DNA of 41,540 nt from assembly GCA_903930665.1 (NCBI GenBank), contig CAIYZI010000694.1:1-41540 (forward strand), written 5' to 3'. Shown in pieces: positions 20,305 to 32,300 of the stretch. Each line of letters starts with the position of its first letter. The first letter of the stretch is position 1. A program made the position numbers and the translations under genes. The notes beneath the pieces are model-generated. The model was not told where the DNA came from. It saw only the letters and a list, made by a program, of their open reading frames with translations, and did no database searches. Source of the DNA: an uncultured beta proteobacterium. Lineage in GTDB: Bacteria; Pseudomonadota; Gammaproteobacteria; Burkholderiales; Burkholderiaceae.

Positions 20305-20385
20305 ACCGCAATCGTACAATCTAGTTGCAAACTTCCCACAGGTAAGGCTAAAGAACTGCCCGAGAGTGGGCTTTAAAAGGTGAAA

Positions 20386-20796
20386 ATGATGCATCTAACA
20401 ACAAATTTATTAACCCAATTAACTCGCCAAGCCCTTGGTTTAACTGGGATTTTCATGATTTTGAGTGCTTTTCTCTCGCCTGCCGCTCAAGCCCAAGCAA
20501 CTAGCCAGGCTTTAAGCCCTGCAGAATTGCAACAAATCAATAATCAGCCACTTGCTCCTGAAGTGAGTGCTTCTGGCGTAACCAATACCCCTGGAACCCG
20601 TAAGCCGAGCTTTCAACATAAGGAAGCTACCGGCACCGAAGTAACTGAATATAAAGATGCTAATAGCCCTACCCAAGTGCAGGTAAAGACCAAGTACACC
20701 ACTTATGAAATGTCTCCTCCTGACTCTGTAAAGCCTGGACCGCCCTATGGAGAAGGTGACCTTCTGAGCGTTCCTAGCATTAGCATTCCTTTTTAA
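20386..20796 (+). CDS. Secreted/periplasmic hypothetical protein (possibly DUF2782-like)
   Basis: Hydrophobic signal peptide ending AQA; Pro/Thr-rich body; GTEVTEYK...VQVKT..TTYEM recalls DUF2782; ends in Phe. Start uncertain (20380/20386/20389). Confidence 0.65.
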   Translation: MMHLTTNLLTQLTRQALGLTGIFMILSAFLSPAAQAQATSQALSPAELQQINNQPLAPEVSASGVTNTPGTRKPSFQHKEATGTEVTEYKDANSPTQVQVKTKYTTYEMSPPDSVKPGPPYGEGDLLSVPSISIPF

Positions 20797-20824
20797 GTTA
20801 AACGACTCACTGACTGACTGATTC

Positions 20825-21802
20825 ATGGCTGTTTTTACTCCGCTCGAACTTGGCGATATCTCTACCTGGATTGCACAGGACTTCAATATTGGCCAAGCTA
20901 GCGAAATTCGTGGCATCCATGGCGGTATTGAAAACTCCAACTTTTTTCTAGATACCATCCTTGATGGGAAAAAACAGGAATATGTTTTAACGATTTTTGA
21001 AAGATTGTCAGCAGAACAGCTTCCTTACTACTTGGAGCTAATGCGTCATTTAGCAGATAAAGGGATCCCAGTACCCAAACCTCTTGAAAATAAACAGGGG
21101 GAGATTCTGTTTTCCCTCAAAGGCAAGCCAGCTGCGATCGTCTCCAAATTGCCAGGCGTTTCCAGACTTAGTCCAGAGGCAAAGCATTGCGCGTTAGTTG
21201 GCGAGATGGTGGCCAAAATGCATTTAGCTAGCGCAGACTACTTAAAGTCACAAGCCAATTTGCGCAGCCTTCCTTGGTGGCAAAAAACAGTTCCACAGGT
21301 TTTGCCACATTTAAATGATCTACAAAAAGATTTGCTTACTAGTGAACTTGCAGCACAAGAAGATTTCTTTGGCTCATCTGAATATTCAAAGCTTCCAGAA
21401 GGCGCGAGCCACTGCGATCTCTTCAGGGATAACGTGCTCTTTGACCCTAGGGGCGCAAGCGATACTTCGCAAGATCAACTAGGCGGCTTCTTTGATTTTT
21501 ATTTTGCTGGAACTGATAAGTGGTTATTCGACTTGGCAGTAACGGTAAATGATTGGTGTCTTGCTGAGAATAAACAGGATTTGGATCCCGTACGCTTTGC
21601 CGCACTAATGGATGCTTACCAATCCGTGCGTCCTCTTACAGCAGAAGAAAAAGTCAGTTGGCCGTTGATGATCCGCGCGGCGGCATTACGCTTTTGGATT
21701 TCCCGTTTATGGGATTTCTATTTGCCACGGAATGCCCAAATGCTAACCCCACATGACCCTACTCATTTTGAGAACATTCTTTTAAGTCGCAGAGAAATAT
21801 GA
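20825..21802 (+). CDS. thrB: Homoserine kinase type II (APH / protein-kinase fold)
   Basis: MAVFT, GIENSNFF, YVLTIFE, HCDLFRDNVLF, FDFYFA, RAAALRFWISRL. Confidence 0.95.
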   Translation: MAVFTPLELGDISTWIAQDFNIGQASEIRGIHGGIENSNFFLDTILDGKKQEYVLTIFERLSAEQLPYYLELMRHLADKGIPVPKPLENKQGEILFSLKGKPAAIVSKLPGVSRLSPEAKHCALVGEMVAKMHLASADYLKSQANLRSLPWWQKTVPQVLPHLNDLQKDLLTSELAAQEDFFGSSEYSKLPEGASHCDLFRDNVLFDPRGASDTSQDQLGGFFDFYFAGTDKWLFDLAVTVNDWCLAENKQDLDPVRFAALMDAYQSVRPLTAEEKVSWPLMIRAAALRFWISRLWDFYLPRNAQMLTPHDPTHFENILLSRREI

Positions 21803-22581
21803 AGCTCATTTCCGTTGCCCCTAAAGATGGATACACTTGGATTAGACAAGGTGTTTGGCTATTTAAACAAAACCCACTAGGCTTTTTTATGTTGGTGTTT
21901 ATGTATGTTTTTGCCGCTCAACTCGCGGTGTTAGTGCCAGTAGTTGGCGTTCTTGCAGTTTTAATTTTGACACCTACTTTATCAGTCGGTTTTATGACTG
22001 CCTGCCGTCAAGCCATCCAGAAAGAACGTATTCGGCCGATGGTTTACCTGATTGCGCTGCAATCAACCCCTCTTATTCGCAAAAGAATTTTGCAATTAGG
22101 CCTTGTCTATGCCTCATTCATTTTGGTATTGAGTTTTATCTTAAGTCTGTTGGTGGACTTTGAACTACTCATACCAATCATGACGGGTGACAAACCCATG
22201 ACGCCAGAAGCCCTGCAAGAAATTTATATGATTTTATTGTTTGGTGGACTGCTATACATTCCGATTGCAATGTTGATGTGGTTTTCACCGATCCTCGTTG
22301 CTTGGGCCAATATGTCAGTGCCCCAAGCCCTCTTTTCAAGTTGCATTGCATGCTGGACTAACCGTGGCGCTTTCTTTCTATACATTGCCGCCTGGAGTGT
22401 ATTTCTGATTGCTCTGCCTTTAGGGATAGGCGCGGTCTTAGATTCGCTTGACTTAGGTCAGGCAGCTTCTTTCATCATTGCTCCGCTTTCCATGGCCGGC
22501 CTTACAGTGATGCACTGCTCTTTCTTTGCTACTTGGAAAGCTTGCTTTAGCGATGATGAGCCAGCGATTCTCTTGGCCTAA
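21799..22581 (+). CDS. Integral membrane protein, BPSS1780-like family
   Basis: About 6 TM helices, G..WIRQG..LFK.NP start, WFSP motif; ATGA overlap with thrB. Confidence 0.75.
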   Translation: MKLISVAPKDGYTWIRQGVWLFKQNPLGFFMLVFMYVFAAQLAVLVPVVGVLAVLILTPTLSVGFMTACRQAIQKERIRPMVYLIALQSTPLIRKRILQLGLVYASFILVLSFILSLLVDFELLIPIMTGDKPMTPEALQEIYMILLFGGLLYIPIAMLMWFSPILVAWANMSVPQALFSSCIACWTNRGAFFLYIAAWSVFLIALPLGIGAVLDSLDLGQAASFIIAPLSMAGLTVMHCSFFATWKACFSDDEPAILLA

Positions 22582-22594
22582 GCCAAGAGTTTCA

Positions 22595-24967
22595 TTACTC
22601 AATGGCTGCTAACTTAGCAATGCTCAGCTGTAGCCACTTCACGCCATTACGCTTGAAATTCACCTGAGCGCGCGCATCAGCATCATTCCCCTCTAAGGCA
22701 GTTACACGCCCTTCGCCAAACTTGGTATGAAAAACATTTTGACCAATCGTGAAGGGATAATTTCCGCGAGGTGGCGCAGCCATCCGTCTAATTTCAGTCG
22801 ATGCTGAGCCAATCCGTTTGGCAGGTTGCTGACGGGAGCTTCCAGAATCAAAGAAATCATTAGATTCATATTCGCGTTGGCGGGTATAACCATCTTGCCA
22901 AGTAGATCCTGAACTTCGACTATTGCTATTACCGCCCCAGCGCGCATCTTTTGCTTTTGGCGTAAGCCATTTGAGAGAATCCGATGGCAGCTCTTCTAAG
23001 AAACGAGAAGGCATGTTGTAGCGCACCTGACCATGCAACATGCGTGACTGTGTATGAGACAGGTAGAGTCGCTCTTTGGCTCGTGTAATGGCCACGTACA
23101 TTAAACGTCGTTCTTCCTCTAGACCATTTAATTCATTCACACTGTTTTCATGAGGAAATAAACCCTCCTCCAAACCAGTGATAAATACTGCGGTGAACTC
23201 CAGACCTTTTGCCGAATGCACTGTCATCAGCTGCACTGCATCTTGACCTGCTTGAGCCTGGTTATCACCCGCCTCTAATGAGGCATGAGATAAGAAGGCG
23301 GCTAAAGGAGAAACTTCAACTACACCAGGAGCATTTTCTCCGGGCAACACTGCTGCTGCAGCATCTTGCCCATAACCCTCTTCTGCAATAAAGGCAGTTG
23401 CGGCATTAATTAATTCTTGTAAGTTTTCAACGCGATCTTGTCCTTCGCGTTCGGTCATATAGTGCTGAATCAAGCCGCTATGCTGAATCACAAACTCTAC
23501 AGTCTCAGGCAAAGTGTTGTGACGTGTGGCTTCCCGCATATGATCGACCAGCCTAATAAATCCTGCAAGCGTCGCGCCCGCTTTGCCGTCCAAAGAAGAT
23601 GCGGCTAGATAGAGTGAAGACTGTTGAGTACGGGCGGCATCTTGCAATGCCTCGATGGATCGAGCACCAATTCCGCGGGTTGGAAAATTCACAACTCTTG
23701 AAAATGAGGTGTCGTCATTGGGGTTTTCAAGAAGGCGTAAATAGGCGAGCGCATGTTTAATTTCAGCACGTTCGAAAAAGCGTAAGCCACCATATACACG
23801 ATAGGCAATACCTGCAGAGAATAGAGCGTGCTCAATAATTCGTGACTGAGCGTTACTTCTATAAAGCAAGGCAATCTCGGCACGCTTAATTCCGCTATTA
23901 ACAAGCGCTTTGATTTCATCAACTAACCAAGCAGCTTCAGCATGATCACTAGGGGCATCATAAATACGGACTGGTTCACCATGACCCGCATCAGTACGTA
24001 AGTTTTTTCCTAAACGCTCTGAGTTATTTGCAATTAAATGATTGGCTGTATCCAGAATATGGCCGTGCGAGCGATAGTTCTGCTCTAGCTTCACCATCAT
24101 TGGGTGGAACTGCTTTTCATAAAGACGCATGTTCTCGACATCAGCGCCACGGAAGGCGTAAATACTTTGATCATCATCGCCGACGGCAAAGACTGCGCTA
24201 GTTCCAGCACCACTAACATTTACCGAACTAGCATCATGTCCAGATAACAACTTGAGCCATGCATACTGCAAAGCATTGGTGTCTTGAAACTCGTCAATCA
24301 AAATATGACGAAAACGCTCTTGATAGTGCGTGCGAATAGATTCATTGTGCTTAAGCAGCTCATAACTACGCAATAAGAGCTCTGCAAAGTCCACAACCCC
24401 TTCGCGTTGGCATTGCTCGTCGTAGGCGGCATATAACTGCGCCATCTTGGCCTGAAAGTCATCCCCAACAGCGAGGTCACGCGCTCTTTGGCCGCGCTCT
24501 TTGGCATGCGCAATGAAATACTGCAATTGTTTGGCGGGATATTTCTCATCATCGACCTTTAAACCCTTTAAAAGGCGCTTAATGGCAGAAAGCTGGTCCT
24601 GAGTGTCCAATATCTGGAAAGTGGACGGTAAACCCGCCTCTTTATGGTGTGCGCGCAATAAACGGTTGCAAAGACCATGAAAAGTGCCAATCCACATACC
24701 GCGGGTATTAATCGGCAACATCGCCCCCAAGCGGACCATCATCTCCTTCGCAGCCTTATTGGTAAAGGTTACAGCAAGAACTCCAATGGGCGATACCTGC
24801 CCCGTCTGGATTAACCAAGCGATGCGGGTAGTGAGAACACGGGTTTTACCGCTTCCCGCCCCCGCTAAGATTAAGCCGGATTGAGCTTGGCCATTTTGGT
24901 TTACGGGCGGGAGCGTTACTGCCTCGCGCTGTTCTGGGTTGAGGTTCGCGAGCAAGTCTGAGTACAT
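22595..24967 (-). CDS. uvrD: DNA helicase II (UvrD)
   Basis: [65 protein letters not shown]-terminal Tudor-like domain. Start set at MYSDLL (24967). Confidence 0.97.
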   Translation of the reverse strand: MYSDLLANLNPEQREAVTLPPVNQNGQAQSGLILAGAGSGKTRVLTTRIAWLIQTGQVSPIGVLAVTFTNKAAKEMMVRLGAMLPINTRGMWIGTFHGLCNRLLRAHHKEAGLPSTFQILDTQDQLSAIKRLLKGLKVDDEKYPAKQLQYFIAHAKERGQRARDLAVGDDFQAKMAQLYAAYDEQCQREGVVDFAELLLRSYELLKHNESIRTHYQERFRHILIDEFQDTNALQYAWLKLLSGHDASSVNVSGAGTSAVFAVGDDDQSIYAFRGADVENMRLYEKQFHPMMVKLEQNYRSHGHILDTANHLIANNSERLGKNLRTDAGHGEPVRIYDAPSDHAEAAWLVDEIKALVNSGIKRAEIALLYRSNAQSRIIEHALFSAGIAYRVYGGLRFFERAEIKHALAYLRLLENPNDDTSFSRVVNFPTRGIGARSIEALQDAARTQQSSLYLAASSLDGKAGATLAGFIRLVDHMREATRHNTLPETVEFVIQHSGLIQHYMTEREGQDRVENLQELINAATAFIAEEGYGQDAAAAVLPGENAPGVVEVSPLAAFLSHASLEAGDNQAQAGQDAVQLMTVHSAKGLEFTAVFITGLEEGLFPHENSVNELNGLEEERRLMYVAITRAKERLYLSHTQSRMLHGQVRYNMPSRFLEELPSDSLKWLTPKAKDARWGGNSNSRSSGSTWQDGYTRQREYESNDFFDSGSSRQQPAKRIGSASTEIRRMAAPPRGNYPFTIGQNVFHTKFGEGRVTALEGNDADARAQVNFKRNGVKWLQLSIAKLAAIE

Positions 24968-24974
24968 CGCCCCA

Positions 24975-24982
24975 ATTATAAT
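24975..24982. promoter_or_regulatory. Overlapping bidirectional -10 elements for uvrD and valS
   Basis: ATTATAAT gives TATAAT on + (24977-24982) and on - (24975-24980) in a 24-bp spacer. Confidence 0.65.
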
Positions 24983-24991
24983 TTGCCTCTT

Positions 24992-27883
24992 ATGCCAAAT
25001 GCTTCGAATACCCCCAATTTTCCAACGACCAGTCCAGCGGACGAACTCGCCAAATCCTACGAACCAGCCCCGATTGAGGCCTACTGGGGCCCAGAATGGG
25101 AGCGTAGAGGTATTGCTAACGCCAGCATGGATGATGGGAAGGCTGATTTCAGCATTCAACTGCCCCCACCTAATGTCACTGGCACCCTACATATGGGCCA
25201 CGCTTTTAACCAAACCATCATGGATGGCTTGGTTCGTCATGCGCGCATGTCCGGCAAAAATACCTTATGGGTACCCGGTACCGACCATGCTGGCATAGCC
25301 ACACAAATTGTGGTTGAGCGCCAATTGGACGCACAAAAGGTTTCTCGTCATGATTTAGGACGTGAGAAGTTCCTGGAAAAAGTTTGGGAATGGAAAGAAA
25401 CCTCCGGATCCACCATTACCCGTCAAATCCGCCGTTTGGGCGCATCAATAGACTGGGGTAAAGAGTATTTCACCATGGACAGCAAAATGTCCAAGGCAGT
25501 CGTTGAAGTATTTGTTCGTCTACACGAACAAGGCTTGATCTATCGCGGCAAACGCTTAGTGAACTGGGATCCAGTTTTAGGTACCGCCGTCTCAGATCTT
25601 GAGGTAGTTAGCGAAGAAGAAGATGGTTCAATGTGGCATATCCGCTACCCACTCACCGATGGGTCAGGTCATTTGACTGTTGCTACGACACGTCCAGAAA
25701 CTTTACTCGGTGACGTTGCTGTCATGGTGAACCCAGAAGATGAGCGCTATAAACATCTGATTGGTAAATTCGTGAATCTGCCATTGTGCGACCGTCAAAT
25801 TCCGATCATTGCAGATGATTATGTAGATCTGAACTTTGGTACGGGTGTAGTGAAAGTAACCCCTGCACACGACTTTAATGACTATGCAGTTGGCCAACGC
25901 CATCAACTCCCGCTCATCAACATCCTCACCCTTGATGCCAAGATTAATGAAAATGCCCCGGCTATCTACCAAGGCATGGAGCGTTTTGCTGCTCGTAAAC
26001 AAATAGTAAGTAATTTGGATGCAGCAGGCCTTTTGGAAAAAGTTCAGCCGCATAAATTGATGGTGCCACGCGGTGATCGCACTCAGACAATTATTGAGCC
26101 TATGCTCACCGATCAATGGTTTGTAGCTGTTTCCAAGCCCAGTCCGGATAACAAATACCAGCCCGGCTCTTCAATTGCTAGCGCAGCATTGGATGCAGTC
26201 ACTAAGGGTGATATCAAACTTGTTCCTGAAAACTGGATCAGCACCTATACGCAATGGCTTGAAAATATCCAAGACTGGTGTATTTCTCGTCAACTCTGGT
26301 GGGGCCATCAAATCCCAGCTTGGTACGGTGACAATGGAGAAATTTTTGTAGCCCGCTCTGAAGAAGAGGCAAAAGCTAAAGCTACTGCTGCAGGCTACAA
26401 AGGGGGTCTAAATCGTGACCCCGATGTATTGGATACCTGGTTCAGCTCTGCCTTGGTGCCATTTAGCTCATTAGGTTGGCCAGAAGAAACACCGGCCCTC
26501 AATCATTTCTTACCGTCCTCAGTATTGGTAACGGGGTTTGACATCATTTTCTTCTGGGTAGCGCGCATGGTCATGATGACCTGCCACTTCACTGGAAAAG
26601 TACCGTTTCATACGGTATATGTTCACGGCTTAGTACGTGATGCTGAAGGCCAAAAGATGAGCAAATCCAAAGGTAATACCTTGGATCCTATCGATCTGAT
26701 TGATGGCATCAAAATTGAAGAGCTCGTTGCCAAAAGAACTTCTGGCTTGATGAATCCTAAACAAGCAGAGAGCATTGGCAAGAAAACCAAAAAAGAATTT
26801 CCAGATGGCATTCTGGCGTTTGGGACCGATGCACTTCGCTTTACCTTTGCTTCTCTTGCCTCATTGGGTCGCAATATTAATTTCGACCAGAAACGTTGTG
26901 AAGGTTATCGCAACTTCTGTAACAAGCTTTGGAATGCCACTCGCTTTGTTCTCATGAACTGCTCAGGCAATGATGAAGAAAATGGCTTTGCACCTTGTGA
27001 TAATCAATGCGGTCCTGATGGCTATCTAGATTTTTCACCAGCAGACAAATGGATTGTTTCTTTATTACAAAGAACTGAGGCTGAAGTCGATAAAGGGTTT
27101 CAGAACTACCGTTTCGATAATATTGCCACCAATATTTATCAGTTCGTTTGGGATGAATATTGCGACTGGTATTTAGAGTTAGCAAAGGTTCAACTGCAAA
27201 CAGGTACTCCAGCACAGCAACGCGCAACACGTCGTACTTTATTGCGCGTGCTCGAAACCATCTTGCGCATGGCTCATCCCTTGATTCCATTCATCACTGA
27301 AACACTATGGCAAACAGTTGGGCCCAAAACTGGCAAAGCACTCGCTAATCAAGAAAAGCAAACGATTGCCTTGCAACCCTATCCAATTTCTCAACCAGAG
27401 AAGATTGATGAGAAGAGTGAAGCCTGGGTTGCTCAAATTAAAGCCATCGTTGATGCCTGCAGAAATCTACGCGGTGAAATGCAAGTCTCGCCAGCACTCA
27501 GAGTTCCACTCTGGATTTACGGTCCAGAAGACTTCTTAAAGCAAGCCAGCCCTTATATCACTGCTTTAGCTAAACTATCAGAGGTGAAAATCTACGGCGA
27601 TGAATCTGCCTTGGAAAAAGATGCTCCCGATTCTCCAATCGCTTTGATTGGAGATCTCAAGCTCTTATTGAAGATTGAAGTTGATGTTGCCGCGGAAAGA
27701 ATTCGTCTCAGTAAAGAGATTGACCGTCTGGCTAATGAAATTCAAAAAGCGCGCGGTAAACTGACTAACGAAAGCTTTGTAGCTCGCGCCCCAGAAGAAG
27801 TCGTTGCCCAGGAAAAGCAACGTTTAGCAGGTTTTGAGCAAAATCATGAGAAGCTTGTTGCGCAATTAGAGCGTCTCAAGTAA
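24992..27883 (+). CDS. valS: Valine--tRNA ligase
   Basis: [31 protein letters not shown]-terminal coiled-coil arm. Confidence 0.98.
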   Translation: MPNASNTPNFPTTSPADELAKSYEPAPIEAYWGPEWERRGIANASMDDGKADFSIQLPPPNVTGTLHMGHAFNQTIMDGLVRHARMSGKNTLWVPGTDHAGIATQIVVERQLDAQKVSRHDLGREKFLEKVWEWKETSGSTITRQIRRLGASIDWGKEYFTMDSKMSKAVVEVFVRLHEQGLIYRGKRLVNWDPVLGTAVSDLEVVSEEEDGSMWHIRYPLTDGSGHLTVATTRPETLLGDVAVMVNPEDERYKHLIGKFVNLPLCDRQIPIIADDYVDLNFGTGVVKVTPAHDFNDYAVGQRHQLPLINILTLDAKINENAPAIYQGMERFAARKQIVSNLDAAGLLEKVQPHKLMVPRGDRTQTIIEPMLTDQWFVAVSKPSPDNKYQPGSSIASAALDAVTKGDIKLVPENWISTYTQWLENIQDWCISRQLWWGHQIPAWYGDNGEIFVARSEEEAKAKATAAGYKGGLNRDPDVLDTWFSSALVPFSSLGWPEETPALNHFLPSSVLVTGFDIIFFWVARMVMMTCHFTGKVPFHTVYVHGLVRDAEGQKMSKSKGNTLDPIDLIDGIKIEELVAKRTSGLMNPKQAESIGKKTKKEFPDGILAFGTDALRFTFASLASLGRNINFDQKRCEGYRNFCNKLWNATRFVLMNCSGNDEENGFAPCDNQCGPDGYLDFSPADKWIVSLLQRTEAEVDKGFQNYRFDNIATNIYQFVWDEYCDWYLELAKVQLQTGTPAQQRATRRTLLRVLETILRMAHPLIPFITETLWQTVGPKTGKALANQEKQTIALQPYPISQPEKIDEKSEAWVAQIKAIVDACRNLRGEMQVSPALRVPLWIYGPEDFLKQASPYITALAKLSEVKIYGDESALEKDAPDSPIALIGDLKLLLKIEVDVAAERIRLSKEIDRLANEIQKARGKLTNESFVARAPEEVVAQEKQRLAGFEQNHEKLVAQLERLK

Positions 27884-27923
27884 TCAGCTATAAAATATAT
27901 AAGTTAATTAAAGCGGAAGCGAA

Positions 27924-28808
27924 ATGTCAATGTCCACCAAAGCGGTTACCAAAGCAGTTTTTCCAGTCGCGGGTTTGGGCACACGCTTCTTGCCAGCCAC
28001 CAAGGCAAGTCCAAAGGAGATGCTGAACGTAGTGGATAAACCCCTCATTCAGTATGCTGTTGAGGAAGCAGTGGCAGCTGGCATTACAGAAATGATTTTC
28101 GTAACTGGTCGTAGTAAGCGGGCTATTGAAGATCACTTTGACAAAGCCTATGAGCTCGAGGCAGAACTCGAGGCTAAAAATAAACAAGCTTTACTTGAAA
28201 TTGTTCGCAATGTAAAACCAAGTCATGTGAACTGCGTTTATGTTCGCCAATCTGAAGCCTTAGGCCTTGGACATGCAGTTCTATGTGCTGAAAAATTAGT
28301 TAGAGATGAGCCTTTTGCAATCATCCTGGCAGATGACTTACTTGATGGAAATCCACCTGTACTAAAACAGATGCTCAAAGTCTTTGAAGAACAAAACGGT
28401 TCAGTATTGGCAGTAGAAAAAATTGATCCCGCTAAAAGCAGCTCTTATGGAATCATTTCTGGGTCCGAAGTCACTAAAGGCATTTATCGCCTCAATGGCA
28501 TTGTTGAAAAACCGCAACCTGAGGATGCACCTTCAAACTTGGCGGTAGTAGGTCGCTATGTATTGTCTTCGGACATCTTCAATCACATCCGTAATTTAAA
28601 GCCAGGTGCTGGCGGTGAAATTCAACTCACCGATGCCATTGCCTCGCTCCTCAAGGATGAGCCTGTATTTGCTTACGAATATGATGGCGTACGTTATGAC
28701 TGCGGTAGCAAACTGGGTTACCTCAAGGCATCGGTCGAATTTGCTCTGCGTCACCCAGAAGTGAGCGCAGAATTCGCGGCCTATCTTAAAAGTCGTCCAA
28801 TAATTTAA
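27924..28808 (+). CDS. galU: UTP--glucose-1-phosphate uridylyltransferase
   Basis: [43 protein letters not shown]. Confidence 0.97.
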   Translation: MSMSTKAVTKAVFPVAGLGTRFLPATKASPKEMLNVVDKPLIQYAVEEAVAAGITEMIFVTGRSKRAIEDHFDKAYELEAELEAKNKQALLEIVRNVKPSHVNCVYVRQSEALGLGHAVLCAEKLVRDEPFAIILADDLLDGNPPVLKQMLKVFEEQNGSVLAVEKIDPAKSSSYGIISGSEVTKGIYRLNGIVEKPQPEDAPSNLAVVGRYVLSSDIFNHIRNLKPGAGGEIQLTDAIASLLKDEPVFAYEYDGVRYDCGSKLGYLKASVEFALRHPEVSAEFAAYLKSRPII

Positions 28809-28810
28809 GC

Positions 28811-28828
28811 TTAGCTTAGCTAAGCTAA
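28811..28828. repeat. Perfect 18-bp palindrome between convergent galU and tusA
   Basis: TTAGCTTAGCTAAGCTAA equals its own reverse complement. Confidence 0.85.
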
Positions 28829-28831
28829 TTC

Positions 28832-29071
28832 TTACCTTCTTTTTAAAAAGAAGACCAACACATTTCCTTCGGTAGTGCTGGCAACAAGCTCATTGCCAGT
28901 CTGTTTGGCAAACGCAGGGAAATCATGAGCAGCGCCAGCATCTGTCGCTCTCACCTTGACCACTTCACCTGATTGCATCGTTGCAAGCATTTTCTTGGTA
29001 CGCAGAATGGGAAGTGGGCAATTGAGACCAACCGCATCCACTTCAACATTAAAAGCTATCTTGTCGCTCAT
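28832..29071 (-). CDS. tusA: TusA/SirA family sulfur carrier protein
   Basis: [11 protein letters not shown] (CPxP) motif, ATDAGA..DF; ATGA overlap with alaS. Confidence 0.85.
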   Translation of the reverse strand: MSDKIAFNVEVDAVGLNCPLPILRTKKMLATMQSGEVVKVRATDAGAAHDFPAFAKQTGNELVASTTEGNVLVFFLKRR

Positions 29072-31692
29072 TTGCTAGCAACCCAATCTTGAACGCCCGC
29101 CAAAGCAGCATTTAAAGCGGCAGGATTATTTCCCCCGGCCATAGCCATTTCTGGTTTACCACCACCTTTACCGCCCACCTGCAAGGCAACAAAATTCACG
29201 AGGTCACCTGCTTTGACTTTAGCAATGGAGTCAGCAGTAACACCAGCGACCAAACTGACTTTATCGCCCTGAACGGATGCCAAAATAATTGCGGCTGTTT
29301 TTAGTTTGGCCTTCAAAGCATCCATTGTTTCACGCAATATTTGCGCATCAGCACCATCTAAACGTGCGGCCAAAACTTTGATGCCGTTAATCTCGACAGC
29401 CTGTGTTGCCAACTCATCGCCTTGGCTTGCCGCAAATTTGGAATTTACTTTCTCCAATTCACGCTCAGCTTGACGCAAACTTTCTTGAAGTTGAGAAACA
29501 CGAGCTACCAAATCCCCAGGATGGGTTTTGAGTACAGCAGCAGCTTCATTGATTTTGTCTTCAAGGCCTTGCAAGAAATGCAGTGCATTTTGACCAGTTA
29601 CCGCTTCCACGCGACGGATGCCTGCAGCGACGCCGCCTTCAGAAACAATCTTCAAGCTACCTATGTCCCCAGTGCGAGCCACATGGGTACCACCACATAA
29701 TTCTTTAGAGCTACCGATTTCTAAAACACGCACCTCATCACCATACTTCTCACCAAAGAGCATCATGGCGCCGGTCTTTTGCGCATCATCCAATGACATC
29801 ACTTTTGCAGAAGTAGCCGCATTAGTCAAAATTTCACGATTTACAATATTTTCTATTTGGCGAATTTGAGCGGCAGTAATAGGGGCATTGTGAGTAAAGT
29901 CGAAACGGGTCTTACTAGCATCAACCAAAGAACCTTTTTGCTGAACATGGTCGCCCAATATTTCACGCAAAGCTTTATGAAGAATATGGGTAGCGCTATG
30001 ATTTCGCATGATGTCAGAGCGCTTCTCAATATCCACCATCGCATTTAAGGTATCTCCAACCTTCAATTCACCTTCAGAAACCTCACCTTGATGACCAAAC
30101 ACATCAGCCTGAATCTTAAAAGTATCATCAACTGTAAATCGAGTACCTTCATTGCGTAACTCACCGCTGTCACCAATCTGACCGCCTGACTCTGCATAGA
30201 ACGGGGTGTTATCCAATACAACTACTGCAGCATCACCCGCTTTAACGGATTGCACTGAAGTACCATCTATATATAAAGCTGTTACTTTTGCACCTTCATG
30301 CCTTAAGGTGTCATAGCCATGAAATTGCGTTGGTTTGCCAGAGTATTCCAAACCTTGAGCAACCTTAAACTTACCCGCAGCTCTAGCTTGATCGCGTTGC
30401 TTTTGCATCGCCGCTTCAAAGCCTTCGCTATCAACAGTGACATTACGCTCACGGCAAACGTCAGCCGTAAGATCCAAAGGAAAGCCAAAGGTATCGTGTA
30501 AACGAAATGCCGTTTCGCCATCAACAGTCTTCGCGCCATTAGCAAGAGCCCCTTCAAGGATCTCCATGCCATTAGCAATCGTTTGGAAGAAGCGCTCTTC
30601 TTCTTGCTTTAATACTTCACTGACCTTATCTTGCGCAGCACGTAGCTCAGGATAGGCATCGCCCATCTCTTTCACTAAAGCTGGAACCAATTGGTAAAAG
30701 AAAGGTTTGCGAGCGCCTAACTTATAGCCATGTCGAATTGCCCGACGTGCAATACGACGCAATACATAACCGCGCCCAGCATTACCTGGAATCACACCAT
30801 CCACCACAATAAAACTACAGGCTCGAATATGGTCTGCAATCACCTTTAATGAAGGACTAGTAGCATCACAATTTTCACCGCCGGCTCCGTCCACCACTTC
30901 TTTCGCAGCCTTTAATAAATTGACAAAAAGATCAATTTCATAATTGGAGTGAACGTGTTGCAAGACGGCAGCAATACGCTCTAAACCCATACCCGTATCA
31001 ACACTAGGTTTTGGCAATGGATGCATATTGCCCGCTTCATCGCGGTTATATTGCATGAACACATTATTCCAAATCTCAATAAAGCGATCGCCATCCTCAT
31101 CAGGACTACCGGGAGGGCCTCCGGGAATATGATCACCGTGATCGTAGAAGATCTCAGTACAAGGACCGCAAGGGCCCGTATCACCCATCATCCAGAAATT
31201 ATCTGAAGCGTAACGCGCGCCCTTGTTATCACCAATCCGAATAATGCGATCTGCCGGCACACCGATTTGGTCTTTCCAAATAGCATAGGCTTCGTCATCT
31301 TCCGCATAAACGGTAACCAATAGTCTATCTTTTGGAAGCTGGAAAACTTGGGTCAATAAATCCCAAGCAAACTGAATGGCATCCTTTTTGAAATAATCAC
31401 CAAAGGAGAAATTGCCAAGCATTTCAAAAAAGGTATGGTGACGCGCGGTATAGCCAACGTTATCCAAATCGTTATGCTTGCCGCCCGCACGAATACACTT
31501 TTGCGCAGTTGTAGCTCGGGAATAAGGACGCTTATCAAAGCCCAAAAAAACATCCTTAAATTGATTCATCCCAGCATTCGTAAATAGCAAGGTTGGATCA
31601 TCTCCAGGAACTACTGGGCTAGAGGGAACAATTTGGTGGCCTTTTTCGGCGAAGAAGTCCAGGTATGCCTGGCGAATTTGGGTGACTTTCAT
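29068..31692 (-). CDS. alaS: Alanine--tRNA ligase
   Basis: [38 protein letters not shown], editing motifs HSATH and ELCGGTH, GGKGGG. Confidence 0.98.
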   Translation of the reverse strand: MKVTQIRQAYLDFFAEKGHQIVPSSPVVPGDDPTLLFTNAGMNQFKDVFLGFDKRPYSRATTAQKCIRAGGKHNDLDNVGYTARHHTFFEMLGNFSFGDYFKKDAIQFAWDLLTQVFQLPKDRLLVTVYAEDDEAYAIWKDQIGVPADRIIRIGDNKGARYASDNFWMMGDTGPCGPCTEIFYDHGDHIPGGPPGSPDEDGDRFIEIWNNVFMQYNRDEAGNMHPLPKPSVDTGMGLERIAAVLQHVHSNYEIDLFVNLLKAAKEVVDGAGGENCDATSPSLKVIADHIRACSFIVVDGVIPGNAGRGYVLRRIARRAIRHGYKLGARKPFFYQLVPALVKEMGDAYPELRAAQDKVSEVLKQEEERFFQTIANGMEILEGALANGAKTVDGETAFRLHDTFGFPLDLTADVCRERNVTVDSEGFEAAMQKQRDQARAAGKFKVAQGLEYSGKPTQFHGYDTLRHEGAKVTALYIDGTSVQSVKAGDAAVVVLDNTPFYAESGGQIGDSGELRNEGTRFTVDDTFKIQADVFGHQGEVSEGELKVGDTLNAMVDIEKRSDIMRNHSATHILHKALREILGDHVQQKGSLVDASKTRFDFTHNAPITAAQIRQIENIVNREILTNAATSAKVMSLDDAQKTGAMMLFGEKYGDEVRVLEIGSSKELCGGTHVARTGDIGSLKIVSEGGVAAGIRRVEAVTGQNALHFLQGLEDKINEAAAVLKTHPGDLVARVSQLQESLRQAERELEKVNSKFAASQGDELATQAVEINGIKVLAARLDGADAQILRETMDALKAKLKTAAIILASVQGDKVSLVAGVTADSIAKVKAGDLVNFVALQVGGKGGGKPEMAMAGGNNPAALNAALAGVQDWVASK

Positions 31693-31816
31693 GCGAATAA
31701 TTATCGCATTGGCATGTAGCTAGGGCAAACAAGTCCAAGACCCTTCTTTCCTGTCATACAATCAATTGGAATTCATAAATAAATCGGCACTCATGTCGGT
31801 ATACAAGGAGCACAGC

Positions 31817-32275
31817 TTGCAGATCCGCAATCAAAAAGATTTTGGTGCCGGCCTGATGTATATGGTCATTGGCTTATTTTTTACCTATATGGCCACCCAG
31901 TATTCAATGGGCACCCCAGCCAAAATGGGGCCGGGGTATTTTCCGTTCTGGCTTGGATTGGTAATGACAGCCCTCGGATTGGTGATTTTGATTAAATCCT
32001 TAGGCGCCAAAGCTGCTATCGAGAAGGTTCCCCCGTTTAATTGGAGGGTAATTGGCTTGATTACTGGCTCGGTAGTCCTATATGGCGTTCTTTTGCCAAT
32101 TATGGGCTTTATCGTTGCGGTCTTTGTGCTGGTCTTCCTATCTGCCAGCGCTAGCCATGAATTTCACTGGAAAGGCACTTTAATCAATGCCATTTTTCTG
32201 ATTGTCTTCACTTACCTAGTCTTTGTGGTGGGCTTGAAGCTTCAATTTCCTTTATTGCCCTTCTTTTTGCAATAA
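31817..32275 (+). CDS. tctB: Tripartite tricarboxylate transporter small subunit TctB
   Basis: 4-5 TM helices, MGPGYFP motif; TTG start at 31817 preceded by AAGGAG. Confidence 0.85.
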   Translation: MQIRNQKDFGAGLMYMVIGLFFTYMATQYSMGTPAKMGPGYFPFWLGLVMTALGLVILIKSLGAKAAIEKVPPFNWRVIGLITGSVVLYGVLLPIMGFIVAVFVLVFLSASASHEFHWKGTLINAIFLIVFTYLVFVVGLKLQFPLLPFFLQ

Positions 32276-32300
32276 GTAACAGCACCCGGGATACAGAAAA

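Noticed and set aside
20305-20394. N-terminal extension of PolA in the ORF track
   Set aside because: Overlaps the divergent gene and promoter; PolA homology starts at MTKHRLLL
24968-25159. 64-aa N-terminal extension of UvrD
   Set aside because: Lies antisense inside valS; helicase homology begins at MYSDLL
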